DNA of 64,000 nt from an uncultured Bryobacterales bacterium (GCA_951813605.1 OX638379.1:3730062-3794061), one strand, 5' to 3'. Numbered from the stretch's first letter, positions 9,264-20,016 are shown. Notes: generated by a model not told the origin, from the sequence alone. Numbers and translations: made by a program.

Positions 9264-11006
9264 TCATGTCCGGGCCGGCGAGCCGGGCGGAATGTTGGTC
9301 CCCGGCGTGTCTCGGGAACCCTCGAATCCGAGCACGAGCAAGGTCAGATCGTCCGTGCGCGGCTCGTCGCCCGAAAAGTCGCGGACCCGCTGCAGCAACC
9401 CTTCGAACAGGTCGATGGTCCCCAGCGGTGCGAGTTCAGCGACGGCCGGCCCGAGCCTTGACTTCCCGAACTGCTGGCTGGCGGCATTGCGCAGTTCGGT
9501 GATGCCATCGCTGTAGATGACGAGCTTGTCCCCGGGGCGCAACAGGCAGGTGTCTTCGGAGAAGGCGACATCCTCGAAAAGGCCGACGGGGCGGCTGTTG
9601 GATGCCAGCCATTCTAGGCCACCGGCGGCGCGCACGAGGGCCGCCGGACAGTGGCCGGCGTTGCTCCAGCGCATCGTCCCGTCCTCGTCCAGGATCAGGG
9701 CGAACACTGTGGCGAAACGGGTTTGGCTGGAGCGCTCGCAAATGTAGCGGTTGATCCGGCCCAGCGTGCCGGACAGGGAAACGTCCGGCCCGGAGCCCAA
9801 GAAGAACGCGCCCTGCAAGAGCGAAGCCAGTATCGAGGCGGCGACACCCTTCCCGGAGACATCGGCCACGACCGCGGCCCACGTCCCTGGAGCGACCTGC
9901 ATGAGGTCGTAATAGTCACCGCCCAATTGCGCCCTGGCCTCGCAATGCCCCTTGGCCACAAGCCAGCCTTCGGCGGGCAAGGCGGAGGGCAGAAGGGCTC
10001 GCTGAATGCTGCGGGCGACTTGAAGCTCGTGCTCCAGTCGGCGCTTGTCGCGCTCCTGCTCGATCAGGCGCGCGTTCTCGATCACGGTCGAAGTCTCGAT
10101 CGCGAGCGCCTGCAAGAGAGCTTGATTGCCTTCCGCCAGGCGGGTGCCGGGCTTGCCTGTGTCCATATAGATGGCCCCGAGCGTGTTGGCCCTGGATGAG
10201 ATGACGCTTGTCTCGTGGTCCTGGCCGATACGCATGCGCAGTATAGGAACGCACAAAGTGCTGCGCAAGGCAAGCTCGGCGGAGGTGCTCGCATCAAGAG
10301 CGAGGCTGCCGACCGAGTCGGCGAGGGTCAGCGCGAATGGGTCGGGACGCTCGTCAAGGGCTCGCGCGATCAGCAACGGGGGAACCTTCAGATCGGCCGG
10401 GCCGCGGCTGCCGCCGAATGCGTCGCGGCCGACCTTGACCTCCAATTCGCCCCCTTCCTCGCGCAGCAGCAGAAACGCCCTTTCCGCGCCGGCGATCGTG
10501 AGGGCCGCCTCGACAACCGCCTCGAAGACCTCGTCCACGCCGTCCGACGACTCCACGCTGCGAGCGACTTCGAGCATCGCGGCAAGGCGGCCCAAGGCGC
10601 CCGTGCGACTCGTGGCGGCGGAAAGGTTCGAGACCTTTTTCAGCAGGACCGCCTTCGGGTTGATTCCCTCGCAAATTGTGATCCGGAAGGAATCCTCGAC
10701 GCCGAATTCGACGCGGTCGCCGACAACGAGTCCGTGCCGCAAGGTCCGCTCCCCGTTCACGGTGAGACCGTGTCGGCTTTGCAGGTCCTCGATCAGGTAC
10801 GCTCCGTCCTTGCGGAGGATCCGGGCGTGGCGCCGCGAAATGCGACTGTCGCGTAGCGTGAGATTGCACTCCCCAAGGCGACCGATGAGGAACGGATTGC
10901 GGTCAACCTGTACCTGCCGGAGATTTCCGGACGTCGATTCGACAAGCAGGGAAAGCGGTGCCGCATTGGACGCGGAAGGGGACGCTGCCATGGCGGCGGC
11001 TCCCAA
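9264..11006 (-). CDS. FHA domain - GAF domain - PP2C/SpoIIE-type serine phosphatase
   Basis: FHA: FLIGRLGECNLTLRDSRISRRHARILRKDGAYLIEDLQSRHGLTVNG. Central GAF-like region. C-terminal SpoIIE/PP2C motifs GGDYYDL...VVADVSGKGVAASILAS...DDLTLLVL. Confidence 0.85.
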   Translation of the reverse strand: MGAAAMAASPSASNAAPLSLLVESTSGNLRQVQVDRNPFLIGRLGECNLTLRDSRISRRHARILRKDGAYLIEDLQSRHGLTVNGERTLRHGLVVGDRVEFGVEDSFRITICEGINPKAVLLKKVSNLSAATSRTGALGRLAAMLEVARSVESSDGVDEVFEAVVEAALTIAGAERAFLLLREEGGELEVKVGRDAFGGSRGPADLKVPPLLIARALDERPDPFALTLADSVGSLALDASTSAELALRSTLCVPILRMRIGQDHETSVISSRANTLGAIYMDTGKPGTRLAEGNQALLQALAIETSTVIENARLIEQERDKRRLEHELQVARSIQRALLPSALPAEGWLVAKGHCEARAQLGGDYYDLMQVAPGTWAAVVADVSGKGVAASILASLLQGAFFLGSGPDVSLSGTLGRINRYICERSSQTRFATVFALILDEDGTMRWSNAGHCPAALVRAAGGLEWLASNSRPVGLFEDVAFSEDTCLLRPGDKLVIYSDGITELRNAASQQFGKSRLGPAVAELAPLGTIDLFEGLLQRVRDFSGDEPRTDDLTLLVLGFEGSRDTPGTNIPPGSPART

Positions 11007-11011
11007 CGAAG

Positions 11012-11530
11012 TCAGGCCTTAGCGGCGGGCTTTGCCCGGCGCGCGGCCAACTTTTCGCCGGGCTCGACGCCCAGATCGCCCTGCTGGCAGTCGGCGCAAT
11101 ACCCGCCGAGCTCGGTCCGCGCGACATGGACCTTGAAGCCGAACTGGGACTCGACCTGTTCCTTAATCCGGCGCAGCGGCTCCCCAAAGTACTCAACCAC
11201 GGACCCGCAACCCATGCAGACGATGTGGGCGTGCTCCCGCTTGAGCCGGGTCTCGTAGTAGTGGTGCTCGCCCTCGTAGTGCATCAAATCCAGCTCGTCG
11301 ACCAAGCCCTGTTCCTTGAGCACCTTCAACGTGCGGTACACGGTCACCCGGTTGATCTTCGGATCCTGCTCCTTCGCGAGGTCGAAGAGCTGCTCGGCGT
11401 TCAGGTGCGTGTGGGAGTTGTGAATCAGGCCGAACAGCAGCTCCCTCTGGCGAGTCAGGCGAATGCCGTGCTTGCGCAGGGGCTCTCGAAGGCTGGGCAA
11501 CGGCGCGCTCGGAGGCGAAGGCACGGGCAT
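11012..11530 (-). CDS. fur: Fur family transcriptional regulator
   Basis: RLTRQRELLFGLI...INRVTVYRTLKVLKEQGLV winged helix. HHYYETRLKREHAHIVCMGCG and C-terminal CADC metal sites. Start taken at ATG 11530, because the longer ORF would run through the tRNA. The stop lies 5 nt upstream of the FHA-PP2C start. Confidence 0.85.
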   Translation of the reverse strand: MPVPSPPSAPLPSLREPLRKHGIRLTRQRELLFGLIHNSHTHLNAEQLFDLAKEQDPKINRVTVYRTLKVLKEQGLVDELDLMHYEGEHHYYETRLKREHAHIVCMGCGSVVEYFGEPLRRIKEQVESQFGFKVHVARTELGGYCADCQQGDLGVEPGEKLAARRAKPAAKA

Positions 11531-11594
11531 AAATGTAGCATAGGCCCTCCGAAAGCCGAAAGTGGCTAGAATGAATACTTCCACCTGCAACAGT

Positions 11595-11671
11595 CGGGCC
11601 GTGGCGCAGCCTGGTAGCGCGCTTCCTTGGGGTGGAAGAGGTCCCGAGTTCAAATCTCGGCGGCCCGACCA
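11595..11671 (+). tRNA. tRNA-Pro (anticodon GGG), CCA encoded
   Basis: Acceptor stem CGGGCCG (11595-11601) pairs with CGGCCCG (11661-11667). D arm GCGCAGCCTGGTAGCGC. Anticodon stem CTTCC/GGAAG with loop TTGGGGT (anticodon GGG). T arm CCCGAGTTCAAATCTCGG. Discriminator A followed by CCA. Confidence 0.93.
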
Positions 11672-12018
11672 ATCGCCGAGACCGGGGACTCGCGCGTGGA
11701 GGCCCTGAAGGCGACGCGCCCGCCAAGCGCGGCGCAGGCCCTCCCAGGCACGATTGAATCCCGAGCAAGGCGCACGTCCGTGGCTGGCTTGATGACGGCT
11801 AATGCGACGACCTTGGCGCTTCGCGCGTCGCCGGCCCGCCCTTCGTCAACCATCGTCTCGAAGGTCCAGCCGTGCGACCGGGCGAGTGCGAGCCACTCGT
11901 CCGACGTGGACACGGATCTTTGGCCGGTGCAACGCGATCGAATCGTCGCCTGGGCGCTCCCAGACCGTCGTGAGGGCGGTGATCCCGATTGCGGGGCGTG
12001 TCAGAATCTTTGCAAGCT

Positions 12019-13218
12019 ATGTTGCGCCGGGATTTCTTCCTCCGCATGGCCGCCGCCACGGCGTTTCCATGCTCCCTCGCCGAGAGAGTCCGCTCCGCGG
12101 TGCGCGGACGGCTCGAAATCGAGCGCGTGGAGCCTTTCGTCATCCGCATCGGCTCCCGCGAGAACATCGTTGTTTGCCGTGTCGAGACCTCCGACGGATT
12201 GCACGGCTGGGGCGAGGGCACGTCGCCGCCAAACATCGGCCCCGTCGTGGCGCAAATCCGCTCTCTGGGAAGGCTAATCGAAGGCGAGCGAGCTTGGGAT
12301 ACCGAGAGAATCTGGCGGCGCATGTACACGGTCGAGGAGAACTCCCTGGGCGGAACGCTCTACGCTGCAATGTCCGCTATCGACATCGCGCTGTGGGACA
12401 TTCTCGGCAAGCACCTCGAAGTCCCCGTCCACGACCTGCTTGGCGGGCGGGTTTGGAACTCATTGCGGCTATACACGTCGTATCGGTGGGGGAACATCCC
12501 GCGAACGGCCCAAGCGTACCGGGAGCGCACCGCGGAGTTGATCGCCCAGGGAGCGCGCGCCGGCAAGTACGATCCCTTCGGGCCCTATCCGGAACCATCC
12601 CGCCAGCTGCCGACTCCGATTCTCAACGAAGTTCGCGAAATGCTTAGCGGCATTCGGGAGGCCAGTCCCGATTTCGACATTTGCGTGGAGTGCCACGGCA
12701 AGTTCAATGTCGCTTCCGCTGGCCGCATCATCCGGATGGTGGAGCCATTCGACCCCTTCTTCGTCGAGGAGCCGCTCCCGCCCGAGAATGTCGACGCGCT
12801 GGCCTCCCTGCAGAGTTCCACGAATGTTCCGATCGCGACTTCCGAGGGGATTCAAGGGCATTTCCTGTACCGGGAACTGCTAGCGAAGCACGCCGCGAGG
12901 ATCTGGCAGCCGGACGTTGCCAGGGCGGGCGGGATCACGGCGATGAAGAAGATCGCCGGGCTCGCGGACACGGGGTACATCACAATTGCCCCGCACAATC
13001 CGAACGGGCCGGTCTGCACGGCGGCCAGCATCCATCTCGCCGCGTCTATGCCTAACTTCCTCATCATGGAAGAGGGGAATAAGCAAACTGCGCAGTACGA
13101 CGATATCTTTCTGGACGGCTGGCGGCAGGGTCTCGGCGAATGGCGAATTCCTGCCGGACCAGGGCTCGGCATCGACCTGACGTCCGAGTTCCTTCGAGAG
13201 TATGCAGTGAAGCTCTGA
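12019..13218 (+). CDS. enolase-superfamily enzyme (mandelate racemase/muconate lactonizing family, galactonate-dehydratase-like) with twin-arginine-like N-terminus
   Basis: Capping domain IERVEPFVIRIG...VETSDGLHGWGEG...AIDIALWDILGK. Barrel with FVEEPLPPEN, ATSEG and APHNPNGP. N-terminus MLRRDFFLRMAAATAFPCSLA. Start chosen at ATG 12019. Confidence 0.85.
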   Translation: MLRRDFFLRMAAATAFPCSLAERVRSAVRGRLEIERVEPFVIRIGSRENIVVCRVETSDGLHGWGEGTSPPNIGPVVAQIRSLGRLIEGERAWDTERIWRRMYTVEENSLGGTLYAAMSAIDIALWDILGKHLEVPVHDLLGGRVWNSLRLYTSYRWGNIPRTAQAYRERTAELIAQGARAGKYDPFGPYPEPSRQLPTPILNEVREMLSGIREASPDFDICVECHGKFNVASAGRIIRMVEPFDPFFVEEPLPPENVDALASLQSSTNVPIATSEGIQGHFLYRELLAKHAARIWQPDVARAGGITAMKKIAGLADTGYITIAPHNPNGPVCTAASIHLAASMPNFLIMEEGNKQTAQYDDIFLDGWRQGLGEWRIPAGPGLGIDLTSEFLREYAVKL

Positions 13219-13428
13219 CCGGTCCCTTGATTCCTCATAGATCCCCGCTCCAATCCCGGGCCCAAGCACTCGGTCGAGCAGGCAGTCTTCTGGTCAGTGG
13301 CTAGCCCTCTCGCTTGGATCAAGTTCATGCTGGGGGCGGGCTGGCCGGGGGGCAATGCGATCCGCTGTCGAATTAGTCGATGGCCTATGGCGTTGGCGCG
13401 ACACCCGTCGATGCGAGGTGAAGCCTGG

Positions 13429-14030
13429 CTAGATTTCGGTTAATTGCTCGAGCTTCCCCGTGCCGTCCCCGATCGACTCCGGTCGTCCGCCCATGCGGTC
13501 CAAGACTGTCATGAAGGGATTGGTCAGCGGAGTCTTTTGCGGGTTCACCACATGACGCCTGAGGCGCAGGCCCCTGCCCCGGCCGGCGACCACGATCGGC
13601 AGGTTCTCGTGGGTATGCGCGTTGCAATCAGAGATCCCGCTGCCGTAGACGATCATCGACCGGTCCAGCAGGCTGCCATAACCGTCCGAAGCTGCCCCGA
13701 GCTTGCGCAGGAACTGCGCGAATTGCTCCGCATGGAACGTGTTGATTCGCTTGAATTTCTCGATCGACTCGGGATTGCTACCGTGGTGCGTCAAGGGATG
13801 GTGCGATTCCGGGACGCCGATCTCTCCATACGTGCGCAGGCTGGCTTCGAGCCCGACTATGAACGTGATCACCCGAGTGAGATCGGCCTGCACAGCCAGG
13901 ACCTGCAGGTCGAACATCAGCTGCAGGTCCTGCGAAAAGAGCACGGTAATGCCGGCGGGCTTATCCGCCGGCGGGGCAAACTCAAGGTTCTGTTCCTCGG
14001 GCCGCTCGATGCGGAGGCTGATGGCGGACG
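13429..14030 (-). pseudogene. C-terminal remnant (~200 codons) of a DUF1552 family gene
   Basis: ...LRIERPEEQNLEFAPPADKPAGITVLFSQDLQLMFDLQVLAVQADLTRVITF...PESHHPLTHHG...MIVYGSGISDCNAHTHENLPIVVAG...TPLTNPFMTVLDRMG matches the C-terminal half of DUF1552 proteins. The N-terminal ~230 codons are absent. The remnant is joined out of frame to a DUF1587 fragment at about 14030-14045. Confidence 0.7.
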
Positions 14031-14607
<577 letters not shown>

Positions 14608-14904
14608 CGCTCTCCTACATAAATATCGACGCGCGGTTGCGGCCGCGGCCCGGAAACCCGCATTGGCGACGACGCGAGGGGCGGGCGGCGCGCCGAAGAC
14701 CGAGCCCCAGCCCAGGTGCTAGGCAAGCCGCGAGATCGCCCATTGGTCGTGCCGCTGGCGGCCAAGGGCCGAGCCGCGTCTCCGACGGTGCAAGGCTTGC
14801 CGCGGTGAGACCCAGCGGCTTTTTGCTCGCAGGAAGGCCAGTATGACCGGGTCGGGTGAAGCGACTTCGTCGAGCGCAGGCCGGTGGGACTGAGCTGGCA
14901 TTCG

Positions 14905-15864
14905 CTATTGAATTCGCTTTAGGAACGTGACGCGCCCGATCTCGACCCACTCCACCACGAAAATATTGCCCTCGTGATCGAAGCAAGCCCCGTGAGGGCA
15001 AACGAACTGGCCTGCGGGGAAACGACTCCTGTCAAGCAACCGGCGCTCCCTGTAGTCGCTCGGGCCCGCCCCGAGGTGGCCGATCAGCTGGTTGCGGGAA
15101 TCGAACAGGGTGACACGGGCCGCCAGGTCCGGAACGAGCAGCGTGCCGTCGCGGTAGATGTCAAAGTGGCACGGCAAATCGACCCCCCCGGCAAACCGCA
15201 GGTGATTCCCGTCAAGGTCGAAATATTGCAATCGATGGTTCGAACGATCCGCGACCAATAGTTCCTCAGCTCCGGAGCGGGCGTCGATCTCAATTCCGTG
15301 GGGACAGCTCAGATCGCCTGGCCCGTCGCTTTGCCCGCCACCGAAGGTGTCGATGTAGCGACCGTCGCGGTCGTAGCGAACCACGTAGCTCGAACCGTAG
15401 CCATCGCCGATGTAGATGTCGCCGTTCCGAGCCACGGCGAGATTCGTGGGTTTCCAGGAAGGTGCCAGCCGTCCCTCCCTGACGGCATATGCAGGGGATT
15501 CGGACGGATACCCCAGCGTTAGCAGGACGTTTCCTTCAAGATCGGTCTTTTGCACGAGGCCGCGACGGATGTCGCAGAAGTATAGAACTTCGTCCGCCCC
15601 CTCGCGAGCGAGCCGGAATCCGTGCGCGCCTCCCGCATAGGCTCCGCCCCAGGACCTTACGAATGTCCCTTGCGGATCGAACACTACCAAGGAATGATCG
15701 CTGTCCGAACTCTCGTGAACTGTGTGGTGGATGTAGACGAGTCCTTGGGAGTCGACCTGGACTCCGTGGCAGTTGCCGTACCTTATGCTGGCGGGCAGTG
15801 GGCCCCAATCGTGATGCACCTCGTAGGTACGCTCGCCGGCTTCGACTGTTGGTAGTCGGGACAT
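14905..15864 (-). CDS. NHL-repeat / six-bladed beta-propeller protein (peptidylglycine amidating-lyase-like)
   Basis: Repeated blades: CHGVQVDSQGLVYIHH, PTNLAVARNGDIYIGDGYGSSYVVRYDRDG, CPHGIEIDARSG...LLVADRSNHRLQYFDLDG, CPHGACFDHEGNIFVVEW. Start taken at MSRLPTVEAG (ATG 15864). Confidence 0.8.
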   Translation of the reverse strand: MSRLPTVEAGERTYEVHHDWGPLPASIRYGNCHGVQVDSQGLVYIHHTVHESSDSDHSLVVFDPQGTFVRSWGGAYAGGAHGFRLAREGADEVLYFCDIRRGLVQKTDLEGNVLLTLGYPSESPAYAVREGRLAPSWKPTNLAVARNGDIYIGDGYGSSYVVRYDRDGRYIDTFGGGQSDGPGDLSCPHGIEIDARSGAEELLVADRSNHRLQYFDLDGNHLRFAGGVDLPCHFDIYRDGTLLVPDLAARVTLFDSRNQLIGHLGAGPSDYRERRLLDRSRFPAGQFVCPHGACFDHEGNIFVVEWVEIGRVTFLKRIQ

Positions 15865-15897
15865 GACCAACGATTGTATCGATCCGGATTGCACATT

Positions 15898-15909
15898 AAT
15901 TGGCCAATT
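15898..15909. promoter_or_regulatory. perfect 12-bp palindrome AATTGGCCAATT upstream of the NHL gene (candidate operator)
   Basis: An AT-rich perfect palindrome, part of AATTGGCC AATTGGCC, lies 34 nt upstream of ATG 15864 in the divergent NHL/sulfatase intergenic region. I know of no factor that binds it. Confidence 0.15.
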
Positions 15910-16521
15910 GGCCGCGAGGTCGCCCGAAGCCCTGGGACACCCGGTTCGCGGCACTCAGGCAAGTGCGGACCCCAGCGAGGAATCGCGGTCTGTGCCCGGG
16001 GGACTCTGCGGGAGCCGTTGATTCATATGGCGACGGGTCTGGCACAGCTCAACTCAAGTCTGCGCCGCCACGCAGCTGGACTCGACGTTCGCAAGAAGAG
16101 CGTCCCGGCCGACGCGGGAGCCATCGCGCTCTTCGGCTTGGCTATGGCCTAGAACCAATGAGAACGGCAGGCCAGCGCGCACCGTGATCTGACCGCCGTT
16201 ACCAGCTCGACGGCGTGCGGAGAGCACGTTCCCACGCGGAAGCACCCGGCACTCGACGACACGTGCTGCCCCAGCATTCCGCAGGGTCCGGCAAGTCAAC
16301 AGCGATCGAATGCAAGACGAACCTACGCAAGGTCTTGCCGGCCTGGCTTGGGGAGCATGACGAATCAACGCTCAAGGCTAGCCGCCGCAGTCTCTCGCGG
16401 AGGTGACTTGTCGAGTGAAGCGACTCCGACGCGCTGGAATCGTGCGACCCCAATCGAGTCGCGGCCCTATGCGAACATTGGAATCGCAGCGGCCTCGCGC
16501 CGCAGCCACAGGATAAAGTAC

Positions 16522-18303
16522 ATGCGAACGATTCATGCCCTAATAGCCCTTTCCGCATTAGTGCTGCTAGGCTCCGCCTGCAGCTCGACAGGCACGGGCG
16601 GCTCTCGGTCGGCGAAGCCGCCCAATGTAGTAGTGATCCTAGCCGACGACCAAGGCTGGGGAGATCTCAGCCTGCACGGCAACACCAACCTTTCAACCCC
16701 CTACATCGATTCTCTGGCGCACGAAGGCGCGATGTTCGAGCATTTCTACGTTTGCAGCGTCTGCGCGCCGACAAGGGCGGAATTCCTGACGGGGCGCTAT
16801 TTCGCCCGCGGCGGCGTTCGGGGCGTCTCGACGGGCCAGGAGCGGCTCAACATCGACGAGCACACCATCGCCCAGACCTTCCGGCAGGCGGGCTACGCGA
16901 CGGGCGCGTTCGGCAAATGGCACAACGGAACACAGCACCCGTACCATCCGAATGCGCGCGGTTTCGACGAGTTCTACGGCTTCACGGAAGGCCATTGGGG
17001 GCACTACTTCGACTACCAGCTGGACCATAACGGCCAACTGGTGACAGGCGAGGGCTTCGTGATCGACGACGTCACGAACCGAGCCCTAGGCTTCATCGAG
17101 GAGCATCGGGACCGGCCATTCTTCGCTTACTTGCCTTACAACACGCCTCATTCGCCGATGCAGGTCCCGGACGAATACTGGGACCGCTTCGAATCCAAGG
17201 AGCTCGAGATGCGCCATCGGGACCCTGACTCCGAGGACGTGCCCAAGACCCGCGCAGCACTGGCGATGGTCGAGAACATCGACTGGAACGTGGGCCGCGT
17301 GCTAGCGAAGCTCGACGAACTGTCCCTTAGCGACGACACAATCATCCTCTATTTCAGCGACAACGGGCCCAACAGCTGGCGCTGGAACGGCGGCATGAAG
17401 GGCCGCAAGGGTTCGGTCGACGAGGGCGGCCTGCGGTCGCCATTGGTCGTCCGCTGGAACGGCCAGATTCCGGCGGGCCGCACGATCAGCGAAGTGGCCG
17501 GAGCGATCGACCTGCTTCCAACCTTGGCCGACCTGGCCGGAATCGAGGTCGCGGCCTCGAAACCGATCGACGGTCGCACCCTCGCGCCCCTGCTCCTGGA
17601 TCGGGAGATCGAATGGCAGGACCGCCTGCTGTACTCTTTGCGGCTTTCGCGCGGCCGGAAACTGGTCAGCGTCCGCAACCAGCGATTCCGACTAGATCCG
17701 GCAGGCCAGCTCTTCGACATCGGCGCCGACCCCGGCCAGCGCGAGGATGTTTCCGTGGAGTTTCCGGAAGCGGCTGACGAACTCGTTGCTGCAGCGAACG
17801 CTTGGCTAGCGGAAGTCGCTCCGAACGTCGGGCCGGATGACCGCCCGTTCCCGGTCGGCCATACGGAACTCACGATTCTGCCCGCGCGGGACGGGGTTCC
17901 GCACGGCGGCGTGCAACGTAGCGCCCGAGCCCCCAATTGCTCGTACTTCACGAATTGGACGAGCACCGACGACGCGATCACCTGGGATATCGAGGTCGCC
18001 GAGGCCGGCGACTACGAGATCTCGGTCCACTACGCGGCGGCGGAAGCGGGCGCGACCATCGAAGCCTCCTTCCAAGGGGTGTCAGTGAACGGGGAGGTAT
18101 CGGAGGTCCATGACCGACCCGCGTACGGGGCCGAGGCTGACCGCGTGCCGCGAATCAGCGAATCGCTGGTCAAGGATTTCCGCCCGCTTTCACTGGGCAG
18201 GGCATCGCTGCCCAAGGCCCGGGGCGCGCTGATGCTGAAAGCGGTCGAAGTCGCGGGCAAGCAGGTCGCCGAGATTCGCTACGCAACGCTCAAGCGGCTG
18301 TAA
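16522..18303 (+). CDS. arylsulfatase-family sulfatase (Cys-type) with C-terminal beta-sandwich/carbohydrate-binding-like domain
   Basis: PNVVVILADDQGWGDLS and the formylglycine signature SVCAPTRAEFLTGRY. Signal peptide MRTIHALIALSALVLLGSACSS, possibly a lipoprotein. About 150 extra C-terminal residues. Start at ATG 16522. Confidence 0.9.
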   Translation: MRTIHALIALSALVLLGSACSSTGTGGSRSAKPPNVVVILADDQGWGDLSLHGNTNLSTPYIDSLAHEGAMFEHFYVCSVCAPTRAEFLTGRYFARGGVRGVSTGQERLNIDEHTIAQTFRQAGYATGAFGKWHNGTQHPYHPNARGFDEFYGFTEGHWGHYFDYQLDHNGQLVTGEGFVIDDVTNRALGFIEEHRDRPFFAYLPYNTPHSPMQVPDEYWDRFESKELEMRHRDPDSEDVPKTRAALAMVENIDWNVGRVLAKLDELSLSDDTIILYFSDNGPNSWRWNGGMKGRKGSVDEGGLRSPLVVRWNGQIPAGRTISEVAGAIDLLPTLADLAGIEVAASKPIDGRTLAPLLLDREIEWQDRLLYSLRLSRGRKLVSVRNQRFRLDPAGQLFDIGADPGQREDVSVEFPEAADELVAAANAWLAEVAPNVGPDDRPFPVGHTELTILPARDGVPHGGVQRSARAPNCSYFTNWTSTDDAITWDIEVAEAGDYEISVHYAAAEAGATIEASFQGVSVNGEVSEVHDRPAYGAEADRVPRISESLVKDFRPLSLGRASLPKARGALMLKAVEVAGKQVAEIRYATLKRL

Positions 18304-18315
18304 AGGGCCGTCCGT

Positions 18316-20016
18316 TCAAGGTGAGCGGGACGGTTCCTGCACCTCGATGAGGCGATTGACGCCTTGGCTTCGGACAGTCTGAACGATGCCGCCAGGCCAG
18401 CGAACCTCCACGTCGACAGCAGACTGGGCGGTTCCCAAGCCGAAATGCACGCCATCGTGACTGGACGACGCGTAGCCAACGGCGGTGGTCATTACGTTGC
18501 TCTGGTCCCCGACCATGACGACGGCACCGATACCGTCACGGTTGGAATCTCTCCCCGCGAGGCGGACGTTGAGCCATGCGTTACGGTTTGGGCTGACGTT
18601 CTCCCACAATTCGGCAGGCTCGCCAAGCGAAGCCACGACCACATCCACTTTCCCGTCGTGGTTGAAGTCCGCGAACCCGCAACCCCTATGGACTTTCGCC
18701 GCTTGTGCAAAGCCCTGCCCCGCTTCGGCTGTGAGATCGGCAAAGGCCCCGTCGCCGCGGTTAGCAAACACGCTGTTCGGCTCGCGGTAGGGCGTAGTCT
18801 CCTCGAACTCGCCGATCACGTCATTGACATGCGAGTTCGCTGTGAACAGGTCCTTCCAGCCGTCGTTATTGAAGTCGTACAGGCCGTTGCCCCACCCGCT
18901 ATGGCGGTTGGATAGGGCTGCCAATCCGGAGTGCGCTGTCGCATCCTCGAAAAACCCGCTGCCGGCGTTACGAAAGAGCGGGAAGGTTTCCGCGATCAGC
19001 GCAGTCACGGCCACGTCCGGCAACCCGTCGTTGTCGTAGTCGCGGAAGTCGACTCCCATGCTCGCTACCGGATCGCCGTGCTGCAGCAGGGCGACCCCGG
19101 AGAACATCCCGCCCTCTTCGAACCCCGACCCGGCACGGTTTAGGAACAGGAAGTTCGGGAGGTTGTCGTTCGTTACGAGCGCGTCGATCCAACCGTCTCC
19201 GTCCGCGTCCGCAAACGCGACGCTCATGCCGCGCCCCTCGTGACCGGAAATCCCGGCCGAAAGGGTGACCTCCTCAAACGATCCGCCGCCCTGGTTGCGA
19301 TAAAGCCGGTTCGCAACAGGGGTCAGCTGCATCGGATCGCAATAGGCCCGCAAACCCCGCCGGGGATCGCCGCAGAACTTGTCGAAATCCAAACTCCATC
19401 GGGCGTAATGGACGACGAACAGGTCCAGCAGCCCGTCCCTGTCGTAGTCGAACCAACCCGCCGCGACCGCCCAGTCTCCGCCGTCCAAGCCGGCCGCCGA
19501 GGTGGCGTCGTCGAACGTGCCGTCACCGCTGTTACGGTATAGCGTAAGGCGAAACACCCCCGCGACAAGCAGGTCAACGTCCCCGTCATTGTCGTAGTCG
19601 GCTGCAGCCGCGCCCATGTCGTAGCCGCGGCCAGCCACTCCCGCCTCTTGCGTCACGTCGGAGAATTGCATGTCGCCGTCGTTTCGGTACAGCCGGTTCC
19701 AGAACTTTGGCTCCTCCTTTTGCAATGAAGGGATCGCCGCGCCGTTGGTGAAGTAAATGTCGGCCAGACCATCACCGTTGTAGTCGAACACGGCCAAGCC
19801 CCCGGCCATTGTTTCGATCATGCGCTTCTCGGGAGTAGGGTGGTTCTCGAGAACGAAATCGAGTCCGGACGCCGCCGCGACATCGCGGAAGCGAATCGGG
19901 GCAGGCCCCGGAGCGCCCAAAACCAAGCCGGCCCCGAGTTGCGGCCCGACGCACGCCAGCAAGAGCGCGACCGCGGCGCGCGTCGGAGCCGGCACGCCTA
20001 CTCGCTCTTGATCCAT
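18316..20016 (-). CDS. CRTAC1-family protein (FG-GAP/VCBS repeats + ASPIC/UnbV domain)
   Basis: Repeated FDYNGDGLADIY, DYDNDGDVDLLV, DYDRDGLLDLFV, DADGDGWIDALV, DYDNDGLPDVAV, DFNNDGWKDLF and DFNHDGKVDVVV. C-terminal NRDGIGAVVMV...GYASSSHDGVHFGLG...VEVRWPGG (UnbV_ASPIC). Confidence 0.85.
   Translation of the reverse strand: MDQERVGVPAPTRAAVALLLACVGPQLGAGLVLGAPGPAPIRFRDVAAASGLDFVLENHPTPEKRMIETMAGGLAVFDYNGDGLADIYFTNGAAIPSLQKEEPKFWNRLYRNDGDMQFSDVTQEAGVAGRGYDMGAAAADYDNDGDVDLLVAGVFRLTLYRNSGDGTFDDATSAAGLDGGDWAVAAGWFDYDRDGLLDLFVVHYARWSLDFDKFCGDPRRGLRAYCDPMQLTPVANRLYRNQGGGSFEEVTLSAGISGHEGRGMSVAFADADGDGWIDALVTNDNLPNFLFLNRAGSGFEEGGMFSGVALLQHGDPVASMGVDFRDYDNDGLPDVAVTALIAETFPLFRNAGSGFFEDATAHSGLAALSNRHSGWGNGLYDFNNDGWKDLFTANSHVNDVIGEFEETTPYREPNSVFANRGDGAFADLTAEAGQGFAQAAKVHRGCGFADFNHDGKVDVVVASLGEPAELWENVSPNRNAWLNVRLAGRDSNRDGIGAVVMVGDQSNVMTTAVGYASSSHDGVHFGLGTAQSAVDVEVRWPGGIVQTVRSQGVNRLIEVQEPSRSP

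Noticed and set aside
11650-11913. An 87-aa minus-strand ORF (…SDEWLALARSHGWTFETMVDEGRAGD…) next to tRNA-Pro, considered as a possible integration-site cargo or relic.
   Set aside because: It overlaps the tRNA by 22 nt and has no recognisable family. No integrase is nearby, and I could not find a direct repeat of the tRNA 3' end. I left it unannotated.
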